Of a DNA stretch of 64,000 nucleotides, positions 8,470 to 18,816 are shown piece after piece; the stretch's first letter is position 1; each line of letters begins with the position of its first letter. Position numbers and translations under genes: made by a program. Source of the stretch: a virus (lineage: Duplodnaviria > Caudoviricetes); IMG/VR virus record IMGVR_UViG_3300036966_000119, positions 64,001-128,000 of that record. One strand, written 5' to 3'. The notes beneath the pieces are model-generated. The model was not told where the DNA came from. It searched no databases and was given only the letters and a program-made list of their open reading frames with translations.

Positions 8470-9993
8470 ATGAACACAACTATACGTAATGAAGTCATTG
8501 CTTCTATTGACGCTATGAACGGAGTAGTTCAGGAATCAGAAATGGAAGTTCTCTGTTCTCTCGTGGATCAGATGGATAAAGCATCTGTAATTCTTGAGAG
8601 TTATAATGGTAATGAACTTGAAATGTTCGCTATATACCAAGAGGCTGATGGTGCCGTACAGTCAGGTGATCCTTCAGGTGAGGTAGATTCTGGTGCAAAG
8701 AAAGACAGTATCCTTATGAAGATACTGATGTTCATTCCAAATCTGCTCAAGAAGATCTGGGTATTTGTAAAACAAGCATGGAATGGTGAAATCGTTTCTG
8801 CTGCACAAGCAGCAGTTGACAAGGCTGAGGCTTTCCCAGATAAAGCAAAGTCTTTATTTGATAAGATAATGGGTAAGGATGAGTCATGGATCAAGGAACA
8901 CGCAGCAGAACTCGGTATTGCTGGAGGTACTACACTTGCAGCTGTTCTCAGCTTTGTTGGATTTATGAATAAAGATAAACTCACTGATATTGTCAAGGGT
9001 TGGCTTAAGTCAATTAAGTCATTCTTCTCAAAATTGTCTGATGATATTATCGACACAAGGATTATCTTCGAACTGACCGTTGGTAATAAGATCAAGACCA
9101 ATGTTGGTATTAAGAAGATATCCGAGGCATTTAAATCAGTACCTGAGTTTATCAAGAAAACTCGTGAATTCAACATATATAAGAAGACAGGCATCAATGT
9201 ATCTGTTATTGAGACAGAAGCAGCTGCTCTTGAAAATGATGTGAATAAATTCACAACCGCTGATATTATTTTACCAGAACCGATAGAGCTTGACGCTAAA
9301 GAAGTAATCAATGAGCTCAATGAATTCGGACAGGTGTTTGATAGCGTTAAGAATGATGGTACCGATATATCAGGCATAACATTGTCTGATGAAGCAAAAC
9401 AAAAACTTCTTGAAGCAGAGAAGAATGATGCTCTTCGTAGCAAACTGAATTCCGTGATCACTAAGTTCAACGGTGTTATGAAGAAAATAAGCGAATTCTT
9501 CGTAGGAACATATAATGCAGTCAAGAAGCTTCTTGGTAAAATCGCAGGCATATTCAAGAAAGAGGATGAGATTTCTGCTCAACTCAAGAGTGAATATAGT
9601 ACTTCTGATACAGAAGAAACTGGTGAAGCCAGCGGCGACGAACCTTCAACAGAAGATTTTGTATCACCAGATAAGGAATCATCTGAATCCACAGAATCTG
9701 AGCCGAAGAATGCATCAGGTGAAACTGGTCAGACCAATGTTGGTGAACCTTCTAAGGGTATGAGCTACACAGCTAATCAGGTTAAGACTTTCCTGAATAA
9801 CGTTGGTAAGAACGACGTTGAGGTTCCTGAGAAGCCAGAAGGAAATAAAATGATCCGTTACAAAGACGGCGATCCTCTTACTTTCGTTTACCATCCTGAT
9901 GATGGTCAGTATTACTATGAATCAGCTGAGGAAGATGTTAGCGACGACGATGACGTTGTAGTTGAATCTCATACAGGTTACTATTTCAAGTAA
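8470..9993 (+). CDS. Inner-head/ejection protein family, paralog 2
   Basis: ESEMEVL..MDKA..IYQEA then KKDSILMK..IPNL. Confidence 0.65.
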   Translation: MNTTIRNEVIASIDAMNGVVQESEMEVLCSLVDQMDKASVILESYNGNELEMFAIYQEADGAVQSGDPSGEVDSGAKKDSILMKILMFIPNLLKKIWVFVKQAWNGEIVSAAQAAVDKAEAFPDKAKSLFDKIMGKDESWIKEHAAELGIAGGTTLAAVLSFVGFMNKDKLTDIVKGWLKSIKSFFSKLSDDIIDTRIIFELTVGNKIKTNVGIKKISEAFKSVPEFIKKTREFNIYKKTGINVSVIETEAAALENDVNKFTTADIILPEPIELDAKEVINELNEFGQVFDSVKNDGTDISGITLSDEAKQKLLEAEKNDALRSKLNSVITKFNGVMKKISEFFVGTYNAVKKLLGKIAGIFKKEDEISAQLKSEYSTSDTEETGEASGDEPSTEDFVSPDKESSESTESEPKNASGETGQTNVGEPSKGMSYTANQVKTFLNNVGKNDVEVPEKPEGNKMIRYKDGDPLTFVYHPDDGQYYYESAEEDVSDDDDVVVESHTGYYFK

Positions 9994-10004
9994 TTAACGC
10001 AACT

Positions 10005-10038
10005 ATGGGGCGGCCCACAATGGGCCTGCCCTATTTTT
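10005..10038 (+). terminator. Intrinsic terminator
   Basis: GGGGCGGCCCA-CAA-TGGGCCTGCCCT followed by ATTTTT. Confidence 0.7.
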
Positions 10039-10057
10039 AATGAAAGGATTGAGATTA

Positions 10058-11143
10058 ATGAATACAAACATCAATGAGTTATTGACAAACATAGATGAAG
10101 CTACCGCTGATTCAGAGGCGTGCGTACTTGAGTCAATGCTTATGTCATATCTTAAAACATATGATATGCTGACAAATGAGGAAGGTCCCACTATTGTTCA
10201 GGAAGCCGTTGAAGCTGATGCTAAGTCTAAAAAGAAAGACAATGTTTTTGTGAAGATCCTTGATTCCATTATTGCTTTCTTTAAGAAAATGGCAAAAGCT
10301 GTTTCTTCTTTCTTCTCAAAAGCAAAGGAGACAATCGTTGAGCGTCTCAGAAAGTTTTCTAAACCAAATAATGCTCCAGAAGAAGTAACAAAAGAAGCTC
10401 AGGAAAAGGCAGATAAGATTTCTGATAAGAAATCTGAATCTTTGGATAAGTTTGTGAAACCTGAATTCGTTGAAGATGCCAAGGAATCTAAAGCTGAATC
10501 CAAGGAAGAGAAGAAGTCCAAGAAGACAGGTGTTGATGTTAAGGAAAGAAAGATCAAGACACGTATCAAATTCCAGAATTGGATACGTTGGATGACAGGT
10601 ATTAACACCGATCTTGATAACCTCATAAACAGTAAGATCAGAGTCGAGAAACTCAAATTCAAAGACAAGAACATCAGTCTTTATTATTTTTTCTCACACA
10701 AATACCCTGCATCGGATGTTGCTGATTATATCGAAGAAATAGTTAAACTTCTCAAGGAATTAAATCTCAAGTTTGACAAAGCCAGCACTAAGCTTGATGA
10801 GATTAGAAAATATTATTCTAATACTACAAAAGCAATCAATAATGCAAAGGATGTTTCGTGGGGATTCAAGAAAGACCCCGAAAGAATTAACATGGAACGT
10901 TCTATAAATGACGCAGCTAAAAACATCGGTACAGCGTTCGTTATTGTTCAGAATATGACAGCAGAGCTTGTTGAGGAGCTCGGCATCTATGGAATAATTC
11001 TTGATACAGTCGAGCCTGTTCTTTCTAAATACAAGGCTGAATCTGAAGCTAAGGCTGCTGCTGAAGAAGCAAAGAAAAAGGCTGATGCAAGAGAAGAAAG
11101 AACACAGCACGTCGAGGTTCATGTAAAGAAAGACGATGAATAA
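10058..11143 (+). CDS. Inner-head/ejection protein family, paralog 3
   Basis: DSEACVL..YLK..IVQEA then KKDNVFVKILD. Confidence 0.65.
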   Translation: MNTNINELLTNIDEATADSEACVLESMLMSYLKTYDMLTNEEGPTIVQEAVEADAKSKKKDNVFVKILDSIIAFFKKMAKAVSSFFSKAKETIVERLRKFSKPNNAPEEVTKEAQEKADKISDKKSESLDKFVKPEFVEDAKESKAESKEEKKSKKTGVDVKERKIKTRIKFQNWIRWMTGINTDLDNLINSKIRVEKLKFKDKNISLYYFFSHKYPASDVADYIEEIVKLLKELNLKFDKASTKLDEIRKYYSNTTKAINNAKDVSWGFKKDPERINMERSINDAAKNIGTAFVIVQNMTAELVEELGIYGIILDTVEPVLSKYKAESEAKAAAEEAKKKADAREERTQHVEVHVKKDDE

Positions 11144-11168
11144 AATATAATGAAAGGAAGATTTGTAT

Positions 11169-12017
11169 ATGCTTATACGTAAAAGCAATCAGACAAACAA
11201 GTACGAAACCGCTTGTTTTGTTCAGGAAGCTGCAGTTTCCTCTGAACTCGGTGCGAATGGTTATGAAATCAAGCGTTCGACTGAGGGTCTTCCGTATTGT
11301 GAATTCGAATCAACACTCATGACTTTCAATGAGTATAATCGTATGAGACGTCGTTATGATGCTCATAATATTGATACTGTCATTGCAACAGATGAACGTA
11401 TCAATGATTTACTCAGACGCCACCAGTGGCGTGGTGAATGGAATCATCCAAACCCGGACATCAAAGGCCAGCAGTATTCTGATATCAGAATGACAATACC
11501 AGAGCCTACAAGAACTTCACACTTCATCACACGTCCTCGTCTTGAGGGTGATAAGTATCGTGGTCACATCATAACACATCCTCGTACAGAGTGTGGTAGA
11601 GATGTTGCTTCTGAGATTATTGATATTGGTGCAGTTCCATGTTTCTCTGTTCGTCTGCTGGGAAATATGATTCCTAATGCACCAATTAATCAGCCTAATA
11701 TGAGAGTATCAAAAGTAATTACTTTCGACATGGTTGACTTCCCTTCACATGCAGGTGCTCAAGCAGATATCACTCCTTCTATACACCAGGAGTCTGCTAA
11801 TGTTGTATTCCTTAAGGAACTTGCAAACTACTGCTGTGAACAGGATGAAACAATGAAGGTTGTTTGTGAATCATTCCAGTTCTCTACGGATGAGATCATG
11901 GGTATTCAGAATGGTTCAATCGTTGTTGAACAGGCTGACTCATCCAGAGTACATATTCCTCTGAGAGGTGATATCCGTAAGGAGGCTCTTTCTATAATAA
12001 TGGAAGGTGGTTTCTGA
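11169..12017 (+). CDS. Prohead (head maturation) protease, T4 gp21/S77-like
   Basis: NRMRRRY, GEWNHP, TSHFI, FSVRLLG (catalytic Ser region), ITFDMVDFPSH; lies upstream of the capsid gene. Confidence 0.85.
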   Translation: MLIRKSNQTNKYETACFVQEAAVSSELGANGYEIKRSTEGLPYCEFESTLMTFNEYNRMRRRYDAHNIDTVIATDERINDLLRRHQWRGEWNHPNPDIKGQQYSDIRMTIPEPTRTSHFITRPRLEGDKYRGHIITHPRTECGRDVASEIIDIGAVPCFSVRLLGNMIPNAPINQPNMRVSKVITFDMVDFPSHAGAQADITPSIHQESANVVFLKELANYCCEQDETMKVVCESFQFSTDEIMGIQNGSIVVEQADSSRVHIPLRGDIRKEALSIIMEGGF

Positions 12018-12018
12018 T

Positions 12019-15000
12019 ATGGATGGAAATAATATCGTAATCAAACAATCATACTTTACAAACATTCAGACTGCCATAAACAGTCTGAATGAATTCTGTT
12101 CATCGGGTTTCAGGGTTAAGAACTTTCCTGTGTTAGATGGTGATTTCCAACTTGATCCAATGTTGGAAAGAATACTTTCTCGTCTTGATTCTGTTGATCC
12201 AACATGGCTTGAAGATGAAGGTAAGTTAAATGGTATCATTGAAATGATCAATGAGAACATTGCTAACATCGATCCTGTTGATGGAGTATATGAAACCATC
12301 GTCAGCTCAAATAATGAGATGATGATAAAAGCAATCGATGCTTATATCGGTTTCAAACTCCTTCAGGTTATTGCCGATAACTTCCAGGACTTCATAAGAT
12401 TTGTAAATGGTATCTATACATTTGAAATCTTCACAAAGCCCGATCAGTATTCTGACGTACTTGACAAGTTCGGTCAGTTCATACCACTCAATGAGATTCC
12501 TGAACTGGATCTTGAAGAAAAGATATTCGATGAAGGATTCTATGTTGATGGTGTATTCAAGAATGAACAGATCGAACTCCCTGAGTCTATGGATGTGGGA
12601 ACTGAAACAGAGCGTATCATCAATAGAGCTCCTCTTCAGGGTGTCGAGGTTTTTGTTGACGATTCCGTTCAGGAAGCTGCTGAAGTAAATTACTTCACAG
12701 AAACAAAACCAAAGCACATGAAGTACTCTACCAAGATGAAGAAATGGCTGGTATCCAATCAGTTTGAAAAAACTGTAAACGACCTGGTTGCGGGACTGCG
12801 TAAATGTGATTCGACGGATGATCTTACTGCTTTCTTCAAGAGTGATTTCTGGAGAAACATGCGAGACCTTAGTGATACAATCATACCGTACATTCTTGTC
12901 AAAGTATTTGACAATCCGAAAAAGTTTAATGGTAAATTCAATACCGAAAACTATTCAAAGTCATATGCTTCTATTATTAAACAGAATAATGGAGCAAAGC
13001 GTTTCCAGAACTACGATATCTTTACAACATTCAAATCAGACAAGGAAGGAACAATCAAATTCATTGAAGACTTCCTTAAGTTGAATCTTGTAAATGATCC
13101 TGATGCTTCTATTTCCAATAATACATTACTGACCCTCTTCAATATATTCGACTCAAGAATCTATCTTGATATCGTTTATAACTACGCTCCTGATTCTGTC
13201 AAGAAGGAAAAAACCGAGGATCAGTTTGTCAAGGAAGTTAGAGGTAAGATAAATAAGAATTCTCGTACGGCTAAAACATACACCAATGACCAGGGTGCTC
13301 AAGACCCATCTCCTGATGATAAGGTTGATGACTCAAAGACTGTTTCTGAGTATGTTGTAAATGAATTAAACAAGCTTGGTGATATGTCTATATCTGATAT
13401 GATGGCATGTGAACAGTTCTCTCACATTGTTGAATGTGATATTGATACTCTTGGTGACAAGATGTATAATGCTGGACTGTCACCATTCCTTGTTGAAGAA
13501 TACATCGGTGAATCATTCTATGATATCGATTCTCAAGTATATGATGTATTCGAAGAAGCAAGCATGAAGGTAAAGCGTGATGCCTTCCAACAGGGTGTAT
13601 GCTCTTTGATGGCTAACATGGAAGAAATTGTCAAGATGGATAAAGAACATCGTTGGAATGCAAATACTCTTGGCTCTCGTTACAAGACAACATTCAATCC
13701 GGTTGCAATTTTCTTGTTACCAATATTCACAAGTGTAACTGCTTCATCTGAAGAGCATACGAATATCAAACAGGTCTATCATTCAACCAACAAGGCTCTC
13801 AAGGGCAAACGCGGTTCTTTCACATCAGAACAATTACAAACACTCCAGAGACTCCATGATCTTACAGGTGATCTTTGGGGAACTGTTAAAATGTTCTGGA
13901 CAAATCCTCGTAACTGGTTCAAAATGTTGAATGTCATGAAGAATGATAAGACCCAGAAGCGCACAAAGGAAATGGCTGATATTGCTCGTGAGATTGTTGC
14001 TCTGAAACCAAAGCTCAGTTTCATCATTGACAATGATGACTTTGTTAATGAATACTGGTATGACGGTTCTGCTGAATACGTATTTCAGGAAGCAACAACT
14101 GAGAAGAATCGTGAACGTCTCCGTACTGCTGTAAATCTCGTGATGAGAGACATGCAAAAGATTTCTGATCTTGCTAAAAAGAAACAGTGGACAAACAACG
14201 CTTGTATCTCTATCTTTAAAGATGAGACTAAGGGCAATGTTAAAGAAGCACTTAAGTATGCCAACAGAGGTGCAACTGGTTCATGTGGTAAGTTCCAGGA
14301 TCAGGAGGTAAACGTTCTTAAGAGTTTTGGAGAAAAACTCTCTGAACTCTTGAAGACTGTAAAGTCTATTAACATCAATCCTCTTATTGGAAAGAATGTT
14401 AAAGAAGCCGGTAATGTTCACAAGGTTGCAACTCTTGCAAATGACATTCTCGGAATGAAGGGTGAACTTGATTTCATCAATTCAGAAGTAGTAAGAGATT
14501 CAGATGGTCCTGCTGTACCAACAGAGCATGATATCAAGTCTGAATCATTCGAATATAATATCGATACATTTAAAATGATCATGGAACAGGAGACCGGTGG
14601 TATTCCTGAGTACATGAAAACTCGTTTTAAGATGACCGATAAGGTTGGCGCTACTGTTACTCCTACTGCATTGCCTGAAGGAGTTCCACAGAATCCAGTT
14701 CCTGAGATTACTGATTCTATCGATGCTAAGCTTGATGCTGGCGGTGATAGTCTTGGTGATATGATTGGTGCAGGTTTTGAGAATAATCCTAACAAGGATA
14801 AGGCTGAAGGAAAGATCGTTGTAAATGTTACAAACAACTACACGAACTCTTTCAACCGTGACTCAAATAATACCACAACCAATACAACAACCAACGATGA
14901 TCATTCAACTGGTAAGACAACCAACACAACAAATTCAAATTCAAACAATAAGTCCAATTCAGACAATGATAATTCTCACGACAATCAGACCGATTCTTCA

Positions 15001-15792
15001 TCCAATAAGTCTGTTAAAAAGACGGATGTAAAGAAGTCAAAAACTGATAATAGTGACCGCAGTCATTCCACTTCGACCAAGGGCTCTAACAATAATAATA
15101 ATAGCAACGATTCTGCTGATCTTAAGGATTCACCAACTTTCAAAGATGGTGAACAGAAACTGTCTTCTGGCAAAACAGTTCAGGAGATGTTTATGTTCTT
15201 AGAATCCGAAGAGCCCCAATCAACAGGAAACACTGCTACACGTCCTAAAGAGGACTTATTAACAAAAGCAATGGACCATGACCGTAAGACGCTTGCTACT
15301 CAACAGAAAGCGAAACACGGTGTACAGAAAATTGCAAATACCGGTAAAGCTGTCCTGAAACCCGTTACCAGAACAAAGCAATGGCTGACTAAGGTAGTCG
15401 ATTCTCTTATTAAGAGAGATGAAGACAAGGTTAAAGCGGCACTTATCGAGAACAGAAGCTACCGTTCAGCAGTATACAAAGCATCAAGACTTGCTATCAA
15501 GTTAGGCTTGATCAGTGTGGCTTTCTCAATTCAACCATATCTCGGATTAACCGTTGCTGGAATAGAAGGTCTTAAGCTTGCAGATCGCAATAGACTTAAG
15601 AAGGAAGTTCAACAGGAAATGGAATCTGAACTTGAGGTTATTGATGAAAAGATCAAAGATCTTAATTCAATGAACACACCTGAAGCAAGGAAAGAAAAAT
15701 ACGAGCTTATGCGTATGAAGAAGAAGATAGAAGAGCAAATGCTTTCTACTCCGAAGAGGAAAGTTGCATCATCATACTGGGACGCTTATTAA
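12019..15792 (+). CDS. Large putative inner-head protein
   Basis: Several VQEA/FEEA/FQEA/FLES motifs, an N/S/T-rich low-complexity tract, and a C-terminal hydrophobic segment plus coiled coil. Confidence 0.65.
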   Translation: MDGNNIVIKQSYFTNIQTAINSLNEFCSSGFRVKNFPVLDGDFQLDPMLERILSRLDSVDPTWLEDEGKLNGIIEMINENIANIDPVDGVYETIVSSNNEMMIKAIDAYIGFKLLQVIADNFQDFIRFVNGIYTFEIFTKPDQYSDVLDKFGQFIPLNEIPELDLEEKIFDEGFYVDGVFKNEQIELPESMDVGTETERIINRAPLQGVEVFVDDSVQEAAEVNYFTETKPKHMKYSTKMKKWLVSNQFEKTVNDLVAGLRKCDSTDDLTAFFKSDFWRNMRDLSDTIIPYILVKVFDNPKKFNGKFNTENYSKSYASIIKQNNGAKRFQNYDIFTTFKSDKEGTIKFIEDFLKLNLVNDPDASISNNTLLTLFNIFDSRIYLDIVYNYAPDSVKKEKTEDQFVKEVRGKINKNSRTAKTYTNDQGAQDPSPDDKVDDSKTVSEYVVNELNKLGDMSISDMMACEQFSHIVECDIDTLGDKMYNAGLSPFLVEEYIGESFYDIDSQVYDVFEEASMKVKRDAFQQGVCSLMANMEEIVKMDKEHRWNANTLGSRYKTTFNPVAIFLLPIFTSVTASSEEHTNIKQVYHSTNKALKGKRGSFTSEQLQTLQRLHDLTGDLWGTVKMFWTNPRNWFKMLNVMKNDKTQKRTKEMADIAREIVALKPKLSFIIDNDDFVNEYWYDGSAEYVFQEATTEKNRERLRTAVNLVMRDMQKISDLAKKKQWTNNACISIFKDETKGNVKEALKYANRGATGSCGKFQDQEVNVLKSFGEKLSELLKTVKSININPLIGKNVKEAGNVHKVATLANDILGMKGELDFINSEVVRDSDGPAVPTEHDIKSESFEYNIDTFKMIMEQETGGIPEYMKTRFKMTDKVGATVTPTALPEGVPQNPVPEITDSIDAKLDAGGDSLGDMIGAGFENNPNKDKAEGKIVVNVTNNYTNSFNRDSNNTTTNTTTNDDHSTGKTTNTTNSNSNNKSNSDNDNSHDNQTDSSSNKSVKKTDVKKSKTDNSDRSHSTSTKGSNNNNNSNDSADLKDSPTFKDGEQKLSSGKTVQEMFMFLESEEPQSTGNTATRPKEDLLTKAMDHDRKTLATQQKAKHGVQKIANTGKAVLKPVTRTKQWLTKVVDSLIKRDEDKVKAALIENRSYRSAVYKASRLAIKLGLISVAFSIQPYLGLTVAGIEGLKLADRNRLKKEVQQEMESELEVIDEKIKDLNSMNTPEARKEKYELMRMKKKIEEQMLSTPKRKVASSYWDAY

Positions 15793-15811
15793 TTAGGAAG
15801 GAGGGATAACA

Positions 15812-16444
15812 ATGTCAACTAATGACATGATGAGAGATAACTCTAAAAGTTTATTTTTTACAGTCATGGAGGCTGAAGGAGATGAACTTCAACCATTTGA
15901 TGGTGGAAATGCTCAAGTAGCGGATACACCAGCAGAAGACATTGCCCCTCCTGCTACTGATACAAGTGGCGGTGGTGATGATCTCGGAGATCCCCCTCCG
16001 TTAAATGAAGACGATGGTGGTATGGATATGCCAGCATTCGGCGAAGAAGACGCTGGTGGAGATGACATAGGTGGTGGCGATTCAAGCAGCAACGAAGATG
16101 AAGAAGCTGATAAACAAGATACAAAGCTTTCTGATAAAGCGAATAACATTCTCAATGAGCAGCTATACAAAAAGATGGTTGCACGCAATAGCGAAATTGA
16201 GGAGATACTTGCAAGTCTGAAAGATCTCGTTCCTTTGCTTCCATATGACGTTGTCAAAAGCAATGATGAATCAGTTAACCATCTGAAGAATGCTCTTACC
16301 AAAGGGCAAAAATATGTTATCAATGATTTCGTAGATTCTGGTTACGGAGAGAATCAACTCTTCTATCAGAAGCTGGATAGCTTATACACCCTTCTACTGA
16401 ATCGAATTGATACAAATCTTAAAAAGATTAAGGATAAGCAATGA
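15812..16444 (+). CDS. Acidic head-assembly/scaffold-like protein
   Basis: D/G-rich N-terminal half and helical C-terminal half; immediately upstream of the capsid gene. Confidence 0.55.
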   Translation: MSTNDMMRDNSKSLFFTVMEAEGDELQPFDGGNAQVADTPAEDIAPPATDTSGGGDDLGDPPPLNEDDGGMDMPAFGEEDAGGDDIGGGDSSSNEDEEADKQDTKLSDKANNILNEQLYKKMVARNSEIEEILASLKDLVPLLPYDVVKSNDESVNHLKNALTKGQKYVINDFVDSGYGENQLFYQKLDSLYTLLLNRIDTNLKKIKDKQ

Positions 16445-16508
16445 TTGCAAAGTGTTCCACTAATGTGATTCACTTTCAAAATTTAAAACTAAAAGGAGTG
16501 TTTTATTC

Positions 16509-18719
16509 ATGGCTTACAGCAGATCAATGACAGTCGGTCATCACGACAGTTGGTTCCAAGAGCAGATGAACATGATTAACAACTCATCTGAGCAGGAACT
16601 TGACACTCTTCGTGATACGTTCGACAATAACTTCAAAGACACAGTAAATCAGCTTGCTCATACATACAACGGCACCAACGTAATGAAGGATGCTAAGAAG
16701 ATGATGGACAGCCCTGAGATCATGACAGAGTACAAAACTCTTATGCTTGATCCTATCACAACAGAACTTCGTGAGGCTGCAGAGCAGACAAATGATCCTG
16801 GTGAAAAGGTTCATCTTGAGTCAGTTGCAGAGCAGCTTGAGAACGCTTGGGATTCTTCAGTACAGAGCTTCCTGGTACAGGAGTCTTATAATACTTCTAC
16901 ATACCTTCCTCTGTCAACACTTGACTTCCCTGCACTCATAAAGCAGTATATCAGATTCCTTGGTAAAGACATTATACCTGTACAGACTGCTTCTTCTACA
17001 AACATTGAGCAGCGTATCTTCATCAAGTATCTCGTTAACAACCAGACAGGTGAAGAGTACGAAGTACCTAAGGTATACTGGCAGAAAGAACCCGACGGCA
17101 CACCTACATGGAAGAAGTTGTGGAATGCTGGTAAGGGTATCCGCATAAACGATAAGAAACCTATTTTACTTTCTGAAATAGCTACTGCTACAAATAAGAA
17201 ATACGATATGTTCAATCACCTGCTTCAAGATGATGGTACACCGTATCCTGCTCCTGGTAATCCTGGCGCATTCGAGAAGACACTGAGAACACGTCTCTCA
17301 TATGACTTCAACATCCAATATGTATGTATCGATGATTCAGCTGACAAGTGGACTCAGGTAAACATCACTGGTTCTGGTACTACAGAAGATCCTTATGTAC
17401 CTGCATTCGCAGCTAATACATATTATGCTGCAAAGGGCGACACAACTCATATCGCTGATAATACAGGCTGGGGTATAACAGTTAAGTCTGTATGGACTAA
17501 GACTCCTGGCATACCTGGTGCTGTTAAGAAGATTAAGCTTCCTGGCGCTGGTATCGCAATCGAGATCCAGAACGGCGGTACATTCATCAACGGTGGTATC
17601 ACAGAGGACATCAATCTCCCTGTTGTTGATCCTGATACAAACCTTCCTACAGGCGAGACAGTTAATATCTCTGATATGCTCTCTGGTCGTGTAGACTTCG
17701 TTAAGGGTACACTTACTGCTTCTTCTTGCGGTGTTATCACAGGTCTCTATGTTTCAGGTCACATCTCAAACGAGACAAACCTCAGAACAATCGGATTCCG
17801 TGAGTATCCTGAAATAAGAAAGTTCGCTATCTCTGATGGTTGCAGATTCCAGCTTCCATTCACAGTTGAAGACTTTGCTGAGGCTAATGCTTCACTCAAC
17901 TTCAATCTCTACAGCAGACTCGTACAGGAGCTCGTTGTTAACCAAGAGATGTTCGAAGACGAGAGCATTCTTGAATACCTCGACGAAGAATTCAACAAGT
18001 ACAACGGCTACGATTCAGATGTATGGGCTCTCGAGTCATATACACATACTGAGTATGCTGATCTTGATCCTAAGGCTACAGTTCCTAACTTCGCAGGCGA
18101 TCCTTGGGAATTCAGAACCAATATGGTTCACAATGCTATCAACAGCGTTATCTACGAGCTCTGCGATCGTGGTAAGCTTGAGAATCTTGGATTCGTTATC
18201 TACGCAAATCCGAAGGCTTGCCGTCTCCTCAATAAGTTCGTAACATGGACTGTTAAGAAGTCAACAGAAATCGGTGGTGTTCAGATGAACCACTCATTCG
18301 GTATCCTTACAGATTCCGATCTCCCGATCCGTGTTGTAGCTTCTAACCGTGTTGATGCTTACACACTTATTCCTGCATACCAGAGCGGCGCTGGCGAGAA
18401 CGATCTCTCAAGAGAGTACTTCTTCAAGATTGTGGCTTACCCAATGGATAAGTTCCACATCTCTTACAAGCACCTCAGATTCGCTCGTCACCTCACAAAC
18501 TCACCTGAGAATGCTGGTTACGCTGATATCAACAATCCTGGCGGTCAGGCTGTTCTTATCACAACATCTGCTCAGTACAAGACAATCTCTATCCAGGGTA
18601 TCCAGGGTCGTGTTATCTGCAAGAACACAGTTCTTGTTCCTGATAATAAGGCTGGTCTTGTTGCTGCTTCACAGCTCGTTCAGGGCGGTGCAGGTGCTCA
18701 GGGTACAAACGGCGGCTGA
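16509..18719 (+). CDS. Major capsid protein precursor
   Basis: 736 aa with strongly biased codons; helical propeptide ending FLVQE-S, then LPLSTLDFPALIKQY..KDIIPVQT (gp23-like); follows the protease; strong terminator downstream. Confidence 0.8.
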   Translation: MAYSRSMTVGHHDSWFQEQMNMINNSSEQELDTLRDTFDNNFKDTVNQLAHTYNGTNVMKDAKKMMDSPEIMTEYKTLMLDPITTELREAAEQTNDPGEKVHLESVAEQLENAWDSSVQSFLVQESYNTSTYLPLSTLDFPALIKQYIRFLGKDIIPVQTASSTNIEQRIFIKYLVNNQTGEEYEVPKVYWQKEPDGTPTWKKLWNAGKGIRINDKKPILLSEIATATNKKYDMFNHLLQDDGTPYPAPGNPGAFEKTLRTRLSYDFNIQYVCIDDSADKWTQVNITGSGTTEDPYVPAFAANTYYAAKGDTTHIADNTGWGITVKSVWTKTPGIPGAVKKIKLPGAGIAIEIQNGGTFINGGITEDINLPVVDPDTNLPTGETVNISDMLSGRVDFVKGTLTASSCGVITGLYVSGHISNETNLRTIGFREYPEIRKFAISDGCRFQLPFTVEDFAEANASLNFNLYSRLVQELVVNQEMFEDESILEYLDEEFNKYNGYDSDVWALESYTHTEYADLDPKATVPNFAGDPWEFRTNMVHNAINSVIYELCDRGKLENLGFVIYANPKACRLLNKFVTWTVKKSTEIGGVQMNHSFGILTDSDLPIRVVASNRVDAYTLIPAYQSGAGENDLSREYFFKIVAYPMDKFHISYKHLRFARHLTNSPENAGYADINNPGGQAVLITTSAQYKTISIQGIQGRVICKNTVLVPDNKAGLVAASQLVQGGAGAQGTNGG

Positions 18720-18761
18720 TAATTAAATTAAAAGCTATAGGATGTAATAATTCCTGAGTAG

Positions 18762-18815
18762 AATAAAATGGTATAGTAGATGGGGGCAATTGCCCCCATC
18801 GAAATACTATTTTAT
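18762..18815. terminator. Bidirectional terminator
   Basis: GATGGGGGCAATTGCCCCCATC palindrome with AT-rich extended arms between convergent genes. Confidence 0.85.
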
Positions 18816-18816
18816 T

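Noticed and set aside
8601-9557. 318-aa antisense ORF and similar shadow ORFs (e.g. 5103-5819, 25760-26341, 32350-32829)
   Set aside because: They are antisense to well-supported genes, lack RBSs, and their composition is explained by the sense-strand codon bias.
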